From Plasmodiophora brassicae (lineage: Eukaryota), in NCBI GenBank assembly GCA_036867785.1, contig CP145422.1:744001-808000 (forward strand): DNA of 64,000 bases, written 5' to 3'. Each line of letters opens with the position of its first letter. Position 1 is the first letter of the stretch. Position numbers and translations under genes: made by a program. The notes beneath the pieces are model-generated. The model had not been told where the DNA came from, searched no databases, and saw only the letters and a program-made list of their open reading frames with translations. Positions 47,396-58,201 of this stretch are shown here, piece by piece.

Positions 47396-48000
47396 ATGTC
47401 GGCCCGTCGTCCGGGGAAGGGCGCCGTCCGATTGCTGAAGGACCTGGTGAAGCTGCCGCTGCTGGACCGGTCGTCCTGTTCGCCGCTGGAGGTACGACGG
47501 ATCTGGAACGAGTTCCATGCGGAGCAGGACATGTCGCTGGGCCGCATCGTTGAGCCCGCCCGCCTCCGCCTCATCACCGAACGTGCTGTCCGCTGCCCCA
47601 TGTTCATGATCCCGATATGGCGAAAAGGCGTACGTCCAGGATCCGTCGCTGCGCGCCGATGCTGACAACGCGATGGGTCTAGAATTTCTTCTGCCTCGTG
47701 AGCCAGTTCCACGCCAACTGGTTCCTGGTCACGACGCTGGAGTCGTTCCAGACGAACGGCGACAATGCGAGGCCGGCGATGATGGTCACACTGTACGACG
47801 AGCTGTGCGTCACCAAGGACGCCGGGCTGGTGCGCGGCGACGTCATCTGGGCCGTCACGAAACGCGAAGCGGAACGCGTCACCGACCTGCTCCTGCACTA
47901 CTACTCGTCGGCCGAGTACAACGTCGTCCGCGACTTCAACGAGCGCCCGTCGACGTTCGACGTGAACAAGTTCGTCCGGGAGAACCTGCCGACCACGTAA
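47396..48000 (+). CDS. ATP11: Mitochondrial F1-ATPase assembly factor ATP11/ATPAF1
   Basis: LKDLVKLPLL...IWNEFH...CPMFMIPIWR, LVTTLESFQ, VTLYDELCVTKDAGLVRGD and FNERPSTFD; one intron at ~47629-47681. Confidence 0.85.
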
Positions 48001-48028
48001 CGTTGAATACGCCGATACCCGTTCTGTA

Positions 48029-49139
48029 TCACCTCAGGATCATCTTGCCGACTTCGTACGACGAGATCATGATGGCGCAGGCCGGGGCGACCTTGGCAAC
48101 GCGCGGCGCCAGGCCGACGAACAGGCTGCCGACGCCCTCGCCGTGCAGGATCTCCCGCAGCAGCGTCAGCGTCGACTTGGCCGGCGCGTTGTTCATCCGG
48201 GCGACCTGCCGGCGCACCTTGATCACGTCGAACGGCGTCGTGACGGCTGCGGCGAACGCGCCCGACATCGTGCCCGCCCCGAACGACGTTAGCGCGGCCG
48301 CCTGCAACGGCGTCATCTCGGATGCATAATAGCGTTGCAGGTGGCGCAGGCGCGGGCGCAGCATCTCGAACCCGGACCAGTAGATGGCCGAGAACGGGAT
48401 GTCCCGGAACAGGGTGGGCGACAGGCCCTGGAACAGGACCCGGATGCCGCTGACGCGGCACTCACCGACCGTTTCCTTGACGACGTTGCTGACCAGGGAG
48501 AACGCCGACTCGGGGCGGCCACGATGCGCCATGACGCGCGTCCGAACCAGCTCGATGGGGGAGACCATGGTCGCCGCCCCCGTCCGGGCGATGGCGCCCG
48601 ACAGAGCGGGTGCACATGGGATTGCGTTCGCCATGAGCGTTTCGCGCATTTCGTCGTAGCTGGCAAAGTAGATGACGGTGGACGGGATGGACTGAGCCAG
48701 CGTCGGGCCGAGCCCTCGCCAGAGCGTGGTGAAGCCTTCGGAGCGCACGAGGCGGAACATGGACATGAAGGTGCTCTCCGAGGCGCGGATCATCTGCGGC
48801 TGGTTGCACCGGTGGCACCACAGCTCGCCGTCGTTCAACCCGTTCGAGAACCGGTACGTGAAACCGCCTGGTCCGCACGGCTCGACATGAACAGATTGGG
48901 GACACACAGGTCGCGGGACGAAGATCTCACCTCCGCTCAGGCCGGTCATCTGCGATTGCAGCCGCGTCTTGACCACATCCAGTGGCGTACACAGTCTATA
49001 CATAGCAGACGCGATAAGCAAAATCAACTCATCGCCTCGACGAGATCACATACATGGACGTCAGGAGCGCGCCAAACGACGCGGACCCGAGGCGTATCGA
49101 TCGCGGTATGGCGGCTGGGGCGGGTTCGGAATCGCCCAT
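48029..49139 (-). CDS. SLC25A40: Mitochondrial carrier, SLC25A39/40 (MTM1)-like; first exon uncertain
   Basis: Three Px[DE]xx[KR] motifs (TPLDVVKTR, SPIELVRTR, TPFDVIKVR), LWRGLGPTL, RDIPFSAIYW and KVAPACAIMISSYEVGK. Confidence 0.9.
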
Positions 49140-49627
49140 TGTGGAGCGCGCCTGCACGGGCGAAGGTACTCGCGCGGGTGCGTACTAGGCAGGAGGCAGT
49201 CGACGGACTCGTGCTGCAATCGTCGCGGACTGCGCAGGCAGCAAGCAGACTGCGCGCGCGATAGGAAATTGGCGACACCGCTGCGGCTTCCCCCGTATAC
49301 TCGGGCCACCGGACTGGGTTCCGCTGCCGCACCCACTGCCACAGCCTACGTTAACAGCAGTGGGGCAGATGCCAACGGCCCCCGATTCCGGTTCCGATCT
49401 CCCACCGTGACTCATCAGCGTCAGTATTGTGCGTTAACATCTGCTCATCGATGCCGAGCGGGGGGCGAATTTGGGGCAACCAACGCCTAATTTCGCTGCG
49501 CATGGCCTGCAATTCGTTTTCAAGTCGAACGAAGCCGGCCTCCATATATGCATTGGGTCTTTGGCAACTTGTTTACCCAGCGGACGGAACTGCACTGCGG
49601 CACCGCGGACTGTGATGTCTTTCGATG

Positions 49628-49651
49628 TCCGTGGCGGAGTCCGTGACGGCG
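49628..49651 (+). promoter_or_regulatory. Tandem 12-bp dyad motif upstream of NOL10
   Basis: TCCGTGGCGGAG TCCGTGACGGCG, 29-52 nt before ATG 49680. Confidence 0.6.
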
Positions 49652-49679
49652 CCCGCGTTCCTGCAGTAACGTGACTACG

Positions 49680-51581
49680 ATGGTGCTGGCAGTGTCCTCG
49701 CTGAACGGCGTCAAAGTCTACAACTTGTCGGCCGGGAAGACATTGCCGGAATGGTTGGAATCGACGAACACGGCGAAGGAGCGGTCGTTGCGGTACAATC
49801 AGGATTTTCGCCGTCGTCTGGAGCTGATCCAGGACTTCACGTTCCCGACCGCGTCCTCCCATGTTGCCATGTCGAGAGACGGTCGGTATATCGTTGCGGC
49901 AGGGAACTACCGGCCCCAGGTGAAGGTCTTCGAACTGGACCAACTGGGCCTCAAATTCGAACGTCACATCGATTCCGATGTCGTCGCCATGCACACGCTC
50001 AGCGAGGACTACTCCAAGTTGGCGTTGCTGCGCGCCGACCGCACCATTGAGCTTCACGCACGGTACGGCCAGCTCTACACGATCCGAATCCCCAGGTTCG
50101 GCCGCGACATGGCGTACAACTCGCACAACTGCGACCTGATGGTCGCCGGGTCCGGTTCGGAAGTCTGGAGGCTCAACCTGGAACAGGGCCAGTTCCTGGG
50201 CGGGTTCCAGACCGACCTCGCCGACGTCAACGTGATCCGTGTCAACCCTGTGCATCATCTGATCGGCATGGGTGGCCCGGCGGCCACCATCGAATGCTGG
50301 GACCCGCGGGACCGGACACGTGCCGCGTCGCTTTGCATCGGCGACGAGTACCTCGAATGCACTGCCATGCACTTCGCAGAGGACGGATTGACGATGGCGG
50401 TGGGGACCGAAACCGGGCACTGCCTCTTGTTCGACCTGCGGTCCTCGCGTCCCGTACTCGTGAAGGACCACCGGTACGGCCTGTCGATTCGTGACGTGCA
50501 GATCCACGAGCGCACGCGCAACGTCGTGTCCACCGATGGGAAGATCGTGAAGCTGTGGGACCGGGCCACCGGCGACCCGTTCACCAGCATTCAACCCGAT
50601 TGCCCCGTGCACCGTTTGTGCCTCGTCCAGGGGACCGGAATGCTGTTCGCCGCCGGCGACCAGCATCGTATTCCGACGTATTACGTGCCGGAACTGGGCC
50701 CTGCCCCGAAATGGTGCTCGTTCCTCGACAACCTCACCGAAGAGCTCGAGGAGGAAACGCGCACGACGACATTCGACGACTACAAGTTCGTGACGGCCGC
50801 CGAGTTATCATCCCTGGGCCTGGACCACCTGATCGGATCAAACCTGCTGAGGGCGTACATGCACGGGTACTTCATGGACATTCGGTTGTGGAAGAAGGTG
50901 AAGGCGGTTGCCGACCCGTTCGAGTACGAGAACTTCATCAAGCAGCGAGTGCAGGACAGGATCTCCGCCCAGCGTGCCGAACGGATTACCGTCAAGCGAA
51001 AGGCGCCAAAGGTGAACAAGGAGTACGCGGAGGCCTTGACGACTGGCAAGTCGGGCGGGGACACGCTCCTCAAAGATGAGCGTTTCGCGAGCCTGTTCAA
51101 GGACAGCGAATTCGCCATCGACAAGGAAAGCGATGAGTTCGTCAGGCTTCTGCCAACGAACGCGAAGCTGGCCGGGGCGGCTGCCTCCGATGACAGGTTC
51201 ACGATGGTCGACGAGAGTGACGACGGGAACTCGGAGGAGGAGGTCGGCGTGCCCAGCGACGTGGGCAGCGGAAGCAGCGACAGCGACGACCTGTTTGCGC
51301 CCGACAGCAAGAAGCGGCGCGTCAGGGCCAGCAAGCCGAGGAAGAAGAAGGCGATGTACGCGCTGAAGCAATCGGGCGGCGAGCTGCCGTTATCAGCACC
51401 GAGTGCACCCGGCGTCGCCCTACCGAAATCGTTGAAGAAGAAACCGATGGCTGAGCGCGCTCGTGAATTGTCGCTGGCGAAGGCGGCCGCGGCGGCGAGC
51501 CGCAACGACGCCGGCGCCAGGCCCGAACCCAGACCCAATCCTGTCGCTGATCATCGAAACCGCCGACCTGCTCAGTTCTAA
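49680..51581 (+). CDS. NOL10: Nucleolar protein 10 / Enp2 (WD40 plus NUC153), SSU processome
   Basis: VKVYNLSAGKTLPEWL, RLELIQDF, KFERH, GPAPKWCSFLDNLTEELEE, LLRAYMHGYF and DERFASLF motifs. Confidence 0.97.
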   Translation: MVLAVSSLNGVKVYNLSAGKTLPEWLESTNTAKERSLRYNQDFRRRLELIQDFTFPTASSHVAMSRDGRYIVAAGNYRPQVKVFELDQLGLKFERHIDSDVVAMHTLSEDYSKLALLRADRTIELHARYGQLYTIRIPRFGRDMAYNSHNCDLMVAGSGSEVWRLNLEQGQFLGGFQTDLADVNVIRVNPVHHLIGMGGPAATIECWDPRDRTRAASLCIGDEYLECTAMHFAEDGLTMAVGTETGHCLLFDLRSSRPVLVKDHRYGLSIRDVQIHERTRNVVSTDGKIVKLWDRATGDPFTSIQPDCPVHRLCLVQGTGMLFAAGDQHRIPTYYVPELGPAPKWCSFLDNLTEELEEETRTTTFDDYKFVTAAELSSLGLDHLIGSNLLRAYMHGYFMDIRLWKKVKAVADPFEYENFIKQRVQDRISAQRAERITVKRKAPKVNKEYAEALTTGKSGGDTLLKDERFASLFKDSEFAIDKESDEFVRLLPTNAKLAGAAASDDRFTMVDESDDGNSEEEVGVPSDVGSGSSDSDDLFAPDSKKRRVRASKPRKKKAMYALKQSGGELPLSAPSAPGVALPKSLKKKPMAERARELSLAKAAAAASRNDAGARPEPRPNPVADHRNRRPAQF

Positions 51582-51739
51582 ATACATTCCCGTAAGTAAT
51601 AGGTATAGAGACGAATAGACGCACTGGAAGGCACCCTCGAGTCGGCTTACAGTACTAGGTGGACCGTCCCAGGGCCGTGTTCACGGAGGGGGACCGCTGT
51701 TCGACGGCGGCATTGTGCGTGCCGCTGAATACTCTAACG

Positions 51740-52631
51740 ATGGAGCAGCGTCCCCAGCGCAAGGTCGGTGGCGTGCGATGCATGTGCCAGATGGCGGACG
51801 TGGGTGACAGGGCGAAATCATAGGCGCCTGCGAATCGGCTCGGGCGGTTGCTGACCCAGATTCTGCGGCACAAAGCGACCGAGCTGGGTCTCCACATGCG
51901 ACGCGACGGTGTCCGTTGGTGTTGCCACGGTCCTGTCTGGAAGGGATGTAACTCGCGTGTGGTGTTAGTTCGTTCGCGTGGATGAGCTGCTAGCACTGCC
52001 GAATGTGCAGGCGATGGGGTCCCCTACTGTGGAACAGGTTAGGCAGGTAGGTCGATGTTCGGTTGCGTAGGGTGCTCCAGTCATGGATTCAGTAGATTGT
52101 CGCCGCTGACGAGAAGACGAGATATACTCTTTCGGAAGACGACGATGTGCTGTGGATACGATGCAACCAGGGGCATTCCTTGAAGGGCGTTGACCAGAAC
52201 CACTTGCTGCGCCGGATCAGTGACCCCGACGAGTGCCCGGTTGCCGTCCATGGGACGTACTGGAAGTCGCTGGGGCCGATCGTGTCGAACGGGCTGAACA
52301 GAATGGGGAGGCAGCACATTCACTTCCTGAAGGATTCGCCAGACCTGCTGCTAGCTCGTCACCGCCCGACAGCAGGTGGGAAGGCTCTTCAAGGCACGCG
52401 TGGTCGTTTGTGACGCTATTCTGCATAGGGATACGATCCAGTTGCAACGTACTCATATTCGTCGACGTGAGAAAGGCCATTCAGGAAGGATTTCACTTCT
52501 ACGTCAGCGACAACGGTGTCATTCTAACCGAAGGGCCAATAGCCTCGTCGTATTTCATCAAGGTCCTGGAACTGCTACCAGGCGATGAGACCAGACCCAT
52601 TAGTCTTGAGGAGGTATTGGGGGGCCAATAA
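51740..52631 (+). CDS. TRPT1: tRNA 2'-phosphotransferase (Tpt1/KptA), multi-exon
   Basis: LLTQILRH, IRCNQGHS, VHGT...GLNRMGRQHIHF and FYVSDNGVILTEG motifs. Confidence 0.92.
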
Positions 52632-52640
52632 GTACAGTCG

Positions 52641-53880
52641 TTATTCATGCATAGCGTATGAAGGTCGGGATTCGCCTTCATGCCGGTCCTGTTGTGCGCG
52701 AGCCAGCATCTGGTCGGTTTGCTGAACGCGCGCCATCAGGTTGCTGATAAAGTTAGCATCGGGCGTCTACCGAGACGGTATTAGAAAACTAGGAAGGGTG
52801 CGGCTCAATGTCGATCGCTCACCGTTGACAGCGTTTCCAGCGCCCCACGAACTTGGTCTGTGCATTCGACGACGCTGCTGACATTTCTGCATATTGCCTC
52901 TCGTTAGCGCGCAACGCGATGACAGCTGGAGGTAGTCGAAGTCACCTGTTAGAGTGGAGCAAGTCGTCGTCAGGAGGAGAGGCCTCCATTTGTGATTTGT
53001 CGCGAACAGGAGCAGGCGGCGGTGGTGCTGCGCTGACGTGACGCCTTTCGACAGATCTATCCGGACGCACCTCGACAGACCTTCCCTTGCGGCTCTCTAC
53101 AGAGTTGTCTCGGCGCGTCTCCGGACTATCATCCTCAGGCCGCTCCAAAGCGTCGTGCTTCGCCGGCAGCTCAGGCGTCTTTGTCGGGGACCGCTCGCGA
53201 AATTCGAGAAACCGAACGCGCCCCTCAAGAATAACCAATTTCGCGTTGATCGTTTCAAGACTGGTTTGCAGACCAGCCTCCAGGTTATCCAAACGCGCTG
53301 CCAGTGTCGTGATCAAATCCAATGTGCGGTCGTCGGTCTGAACGGTCGCCTTCGCAGCAGGCACAGGAGGCGGGTCAGCGCGAGGAGACGGCGCCGGCTC
53401 CTGCAGAGCCTGCTCCCCGCCAACCGTGCGGATGATGGTCGGCGACGGCGTGTGCACGCTCATGCGGCGGGCGGTGGGCGCCGGCGCAGCCAATCGTTTC
53501 TTCTTCTCGATCACGAGACGGATCGTGTCGGCGACCAAGTTCAGTTTGCGTTCAGCGAACCCGCGAGCCAGGAACTGCTTCGCAGAGACGCTCGGGTGGT
53601 ACTCGAACACGTCCCCGAGCATGCGGAAGCATTCCTGGACGAACCGCGCGTCCGTCTTGCCCATGAGTTCGTACCCGCACGCCGATATGTGCCGGGCGAT
53701 ATCGTGCGAGAACTCGAGCAGCGCGTAGTGCAGGACGGGGAGCAGCGCCTCGGGCGCGCCCGCGCACGCCTGCACGGCATCCAGCGGGCGGTGGTACCGG
53801 ATCTTCGGCAGCAGGCGACGCAGGCGCTCGAACGCATTGCTGACGTCACCCGTCGGCCCCGTCGGCACGAACGACGACAT
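52641..53880 (-). CDS. CEP44: Centrosomal protein CEP44-domain protein, multi-exon
   Basis: LLPVLHYALLEFS...YELMGKTDARFV...FEYHP...QFLARGFAERK, followed by a coiled coil. Confidence 0.88.
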
Positions 53881-54083
53881 GTTCGCTCCGCCACGCCGCC
53901 TCCCCAAATCTGAAACGCCAAAGAAAAATATCCTCCGATCGGCACCAACCGAAAGCACGCCGCGTTGGCACCGAAACAAAACGGAATCCGAGCGGCTGCT
54001 ACGAAGAATCTACACCGGCGTTACGTTAAAAAGTGGCATTGTGTCATGGACTTGGGAGTGATATGTATTCGGGAGGTGGGCGG

Positions 54084-56135
54084 CTAGTCGTCGGGCAGGT
54101 TGGCTTCGACAAGGCGCAGCCGGTAGCGCTGGTTATCGGCGGCGAGTTGCTGGATCGTCTCGCGCAGCGACGCGTTCAGGACGTTGCGCTCCTCGTCGTA
54201 CAGCGCGTTCATGCGCTTCCGCTCGAACGTCTCCTGTTCGAGGGCATGCCGAAGGGAGGTCAGCAGAACGCGGGACTCTTCGTGCGCCTGGGCGTTTCGT
54301 TTCTCGCATTCGGCAATGCGTCGCCCGAGGTGGGCGTTCTCGTCCACTAGTTGCCGGGCACGCTCTTGAGAGGCCGCCAGCTGTGCTCGCAGGCTCCGAG
54401 CTTCCTCAGCCTGTACCTTATTGCCAATGTCGGCTATGAACTCCTCCGGGTACGTGCCTTGCTGAAGAACAATGGCGACTTTGGTCCATAGCGCTTCCAT
54501 CCTCGCCGTGTTGTCAAGCTGTTCATCAAGTAGCCGTCGAACTAAGCGAGAGTTCTCGGCATACGCTGCGGGAAGCATGTCATCGTACGGTACGCCCGTG
54601 CCAGCAGGAGCAGCAACGTCCGGTGAAGGAATCTCTGATCGACCAGCAGCCTTCAGCTTCTCAATTTGGAGCCGCAGAGCGCGGCGCTCTTCATCGTGCT
54701 TCTGCCGAATCGCACGAGCTTTGGAGAATAGCAGAGCACGAGCATCAGCGGAAACGATTGAGAAACGGTCAGGAGAGATGGAACGGGACGCCACAGAACG
54801 CGTTGCTAAGCGGTGCATATCCACTGACGGGGAGCGACGATTCGCGGCCAGCCAGGCAGGTTGCGATGCATCCGGCCCGTACGGTTCTCCAAATGGCCTC
54901 GGCGACGGCGATCGAGATCGCGCCCGTTCAGGAGGGGCTTTACGTGGCGCATTGGAAACAGACACCGGCGAGGTCGACCGTGTTCGATCGGTCGACGGAT
55001 TACGCGACCGATTCGCCTGCTCGACAATAGGCGATAAGGGCCGGGCCCGCCCACGAGACACGTGGGCATCGCCCTGTGCGACCTCTTCCGGAGCACATGC
55101 TTCAGGTTTGCCCTGCTGGTCAGGGCCCCAGTTATGACTCCCAGCGTGGTCGTTAACATGTTCAGCACGACGGGCAGCAGGCGGCGGAGCTCGATCCATC
55201 GAATCATCAGAGTTCATCGCATCCGCAGCATGAGCATCGGGATCGGGCACGCCGCGATCTCCAACGCTGGGTGCCTCACAGGGCACTGACGATTGCGGAT
55301 AGCTTTGCGACATTGCCTGAGGTGATGGAGCACGTTGTGGAGGATGTTGTGCGATGACAGGACTCTGACGGTAGGGTGTCGGCTGGGGGCGAGGAGGATG
55401 GAGCATTCTCCTGGCAACGGGAGGACGAACCGGTTGCCGAGGATATCCTGACGGCATGGGTCGCACTTGCTGAGGCGGCGGCGCTGGATGATGGGATGAC
55501 GACGACGATGGAGTTGGAGGATGGACAGCCGACCCAGCAGGGTTGATTCGTCGAACGGGAGGCGGACCTGGAGATGGAGTCGGCGGATTTGCAGGCGATC
55601 CAGCTGGATCGATCCTGCGAACAGGAGGTGGGACTATGCCAGGTCGCATCATTCGGGATGCCGGTGGTCTGAATTGCACTCCAGGTCTAGGCGGACCTCG
55701 CATAGGCGCTCGCATAACCGGTGGCCCAGGTCGCAGCTGATTCCCTGGTGGCGAACGGGCGTTCTCGGGAGGAGCAGGCACATGGGGACGTGAACCGAAA
55801 GATGAAGGCGGTGGTGGCGGGCGGGAGCGTCCAGGTGGGACTCGCTGGATCATGGGTCTCCCTGAATCCGGTGGTTGCCCTGGTCGGCCTGGTCGGGCAG
55901 AGGCTTGCGGTTCAGCCATAGGCGATGAGGACCGAAGCGGAGCACGCGGTGACGGTTTCGATGTCGAATCAGAGACTTGCCGTTCGAGAACGGGCGGGCC
56001 GATATCGAGCGAGCCGCCGCCGGACACGGCGAAGCTCGAGTTCAGCTCGGACATGATCGATGTCTCGTCATCGGAATCGACGCCCAGCAGCTGCGGCGAC
56101 ACCACCGACGGCAACGCTGCATCCGCTGACGCCAT
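54084..56135 (-). CDS. Proline-rich protein with C-terminal coiled coil, function unknown
   Basis: 683-aa single ORF: P/R-rich low-complexity N-half, SP motifs and heptad-rich C-terminus. Confidence 0.7.
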   Translation of the reverse strand: MASADAALPSVVSPQLLGVDSDDETSIMSELNSSFAVSGGGSLDIGPPVLERQVSDSTSKPSPRAPLRSSSPMAEPQASARPGRPGQPPDSGRPMIQRVPPGRSRPPPPPSSFGSRPHVPAPPENARSPPGNQLRPGPPVMRAPMRGPPRPGVQFRPPASRMMRPGIVPPPVRRIDPAGSPANPPTPSPGPPPVRRINPAGSAVHPPTPSSSSSHHPAPPPQQVRPMPSGYPRQPVRPPVARRMLHPPRPQPTPYRQSPVIAQHPPQRAPSPQAMSQSYPQSSVPCEAPSVGDRGVPDPDAHAADAMNSDDSMDRAPPPAARRAEHVNDHAGSHNWGPDQQGKPEACAPEEVAQGDAHVSRGRARPLSPIVEQANRSRNPSTDRTRSTSPVSVSNAPRKAPPERARSRSPSPRPFGEPYGPDASQPAWLAANRRSPSVDMHRLATRSVASRSISPDRFSIVSADARALLFSKARAIRQKHDEERRALRLQIEKLKAAGRSEIPSPDVAAPAGTGVPYDDMLPAAYAENSRLVRRLLDEQLDNTARMEALWTKVAIVLQQGTYPEEFIADIGNKVQAEEARSLRAQLAASQERARQLVDENAHLGRRIAECEKRNAQAHEESRVLLTSLRHALEQETFERKRMNALYDEERNVLNASLRETIQQLAADNQRYRLRLVEANLPDD

Positions 56136-56305
56136 CGCACCAACGCCGCCCTACCGATGCCGCATCCACAAACTGGCTGCGACAGCTGTCGACCCAAAGA
56201 ATAGCCGATCTGGCACACGACACATCCCCCCAAAAATATTGCAGAAAACGAGAGTCATATCAGTGCTCATCGGATGGAGGTTTTTTGCGGCCGCTGGCGG
56301 CGAGG

Positions 56306-56330
56306 TCCGCGGCGGACTCCGTGGCGGACT
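56306..56330 (+). promoter_or_regulatory. Tandem 12-bp dyad motif upstream of MPP10
   Basis: TCCGCGGCGGAC TCCGTGGCGGAC T, 20-44 nt before ATG 56350. Confidence 0.6.
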
Positions 56331-56349
56331 GCATTGTGTGTGCCTGGCA

Positions 56350-58158
56350 ATGGGGAAACGACGACGCGTATCCCTGAGGGCAGGCAGTACCAGAAGCGCG
56401 GCGCCATGGTACGCCAGCGTGTTTCCCCGCCTGCAGGCGTTGATAGACGAACCCGAAAAGTTTGTCGTTGCTTCGGAGGCGCTGGCAGCAGAACTTCGGG
56501 ACGTGCTGAAGGTTGTGTATGATAACGCGGGCCAGGCTCAGTATGGCCCGCTCCCTGAGCTGGTCGTCGACCAGATGGACAGCGAACAGATATGGGAGGA
56601 GATTGAGCTTCGGGCCGAACCGTTGCTTGATGATCTCAAACAGCGCATCCGACTGCTGGAGACGGCCGCTTCATCGGCGCCAGCCGAACACCTGGACAGC
56701 CGGCCAGCAGGCCCAGCACAGGAAGCGCATGGAAGCGAGCACTCGTCTGATAACGATAGTCAAGAGTACGGAGATGAAGACGACGCGTTAGAGTCCGACG
56801 TGCTTGACGACGATGAATATGTCGCGAACAATGAGGATTCGCCTGTCGACGACGACGAAGATGAGGAGGCATCCGTTCGGAACGGCGCGGATGAGCCCGT
56901 GAACGACGTTTTCTTCAACGTTGAATCCATGGAACGTTTCGCCGACGAGATGGAAGATGATGCTCTCCTCGATGATCTCACCAACGGCAACGACGATGAT
57001 GACGACCAGGACGAGGATGACGAAGCGGACGACGACGCCGGTCTAACCCTGCTCCGCGAGATGCGCGACGACGACAACGACGACACCGTCAAGTACGACG
57101 ATTTCTTCGACAAGCCCGAAGACGACAAGGGTGCAAATGTGGCTGGCGATGTCGACGACGAGGACGACGAATTCGCTGATTTGTCAAGGTTCCAACGTGA
57201 GCAAGCCAAGCTGGCGAAGCAGATCGCTGTCCTCGAGCAACGCAACGTTGCGAAGCGCTCCTGGGAGCTGATGGGCGAAGCGCGCGCCTCGGACCGCCCT
57301 GCGGATTCGTTGGTCGACGCTCATCTCGAGTTCGAGATGGCCGACAAGCATCCGGAGCTGATCACCGAAACCGTAACCGCCAACCTCGAAGACCTTGTCA
57401 GGCAGCGAATTCGCGACGGCGCCTACGACGATATCGAGCGCACGGCCGAACCAACACCGAAGGCGTTCAAGGCCGATGACGCTCGGGAAATGGAGACGGA
57501 CAAGAGCCAGGTGGGCCTCGCCGAGATTTACGAGAAGGAGTACGTCGCCAAGGCGACTGGCGTCACCGACGACGACGAGAAGTTGTCGTCAACCCACAAG
57601 GATATCGCGTCGTTGTTCGCCCAGCTGTGCTACAAGCTGGACGCGTTGTCCAACTTCCATTTCACGCCGAAGGTGACGGTTCCAGATGTCGCCGTCCGCC
57701 CGAACGTTCCCTCGATCGCCATGGAGGAAGCTGTCCCGATCGCCGTCAGCGCCGGGCGAACCGTTGCCCCTGAGGAAGTCTACCGCCCTGAAACCGACCG
57801 GCAGCCCGTTGCAGAAACCGAACAAACGCGCGAAGAGCGCCGTGCTGGGCGTCGGGCGCGGAAGGTGGCCAGGCGGAAGGCGGCTGCCCAGCAGCAGGAA
57901 GAAGAGCGCGTCAAAGCCAAGTTCGACGCGCGATTCAAGACCAAGCTGGAGACGAAGTCGGCGCTCAAGACGATCGCGGACGACCACGGTCGCACCATCA
58001 CGAAGGGCGATGCCGCTCATGATGCGGGCGAGTTCACGCGATCGTCGGCCGTGTTCAGGAAGATTCAGGACAGCGAGGCGGCTCGTCGACGTGGTGGTGC
58101 TGGTGCTCGGCCACCTGCCAAAGCGTCTGGCCCGCCTGCGTCCACTTTCAAATTGTAA
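56350..58158 (+). CDS. MPP10: U3 snoRNP protein Mpp10
   Basis: DSEQIWEEIEL, acidic tract, WELMGEARASDRPADSL, LAEIYEKEY, KLDALSNFHFTPK, SIAMEEAVP and terminal FKL. Confidence 0.96.
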   Translation: MGKRRRVSLRAGSTRSAAPWYASVFPRLQALIDEPEKFVVASEALAAELRDVLKVVYDNAGQAQYGPLPELVVDQMDSEQIWEEIELRAEPLLDDLKQRIRLLETAASSAPAEHLDSRPAGPAQEAHGSEHSSDNDSQEYGDEDDALESDVLDDDEYVANNEDSPVDDDEDEEASVRNGADEPVNDVFFNVESMERFADEMEDDALLDDLTNGNDDDDDQDEDDEADDDAGLTLLREMRDDDNDDTVKYDDFFDKPEDDKGANVAGDVDDEDDEFADLSRFQREQAKLAKQIAVLEQRNVAKRSWELMGEARASDRPADSLVDAHLEFEMADKHPELITETVTANLEDLVRQRIRDGAYDDIERTAEPTPKAFKADDAREMETDKSQVGLAEIYEKEYVAKATGVTDDDEKLSSTHKDIASLFAQLCYKLDALSNFHFTPKVTVPDVAVRPNVPSIAMEEAVPIAVSAGRTVAPEEVYRPETDRQPVAETEQTREERRAGRRARKVARRKAAAQQQEEERVKAKFDARFKTKLETKSALKTIADDHGRTITKGDAAHDAGEFTRSSAVFRKIQDSEAARRRGGAGARPPAKASGPPASTFKL

Positions 58159-58201
58159 ATCTCAGCCACATAGTTTATTCCCACATAGGGTTGTGCCCGC
58201 G

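Noticed and set aside
53964-53977. GTTGGCACCGAAAC upstream of CEP44, loosely like an RFX X-box
   Set aside because: Poor match, no convincing copy before LRRC9 or the CFAP97-domain gene, and RFX is not expected in the inferred lineage.
53890-56250. Short shared words (CCGATC[T]GGCAC, TCCCCAAA, AAAAATAT) upstream of CEP44 and the proline-rich gene
   Set aside because: Short, differently ordered and seen in only two promoters; not distinguishable from chance.
55852-56349. Long N-terminal extension of the MPP10 ORF
   Set aside because: Antisense to the neighbouring gene and spans the promoter motif; ATG 56350 fits the family better.
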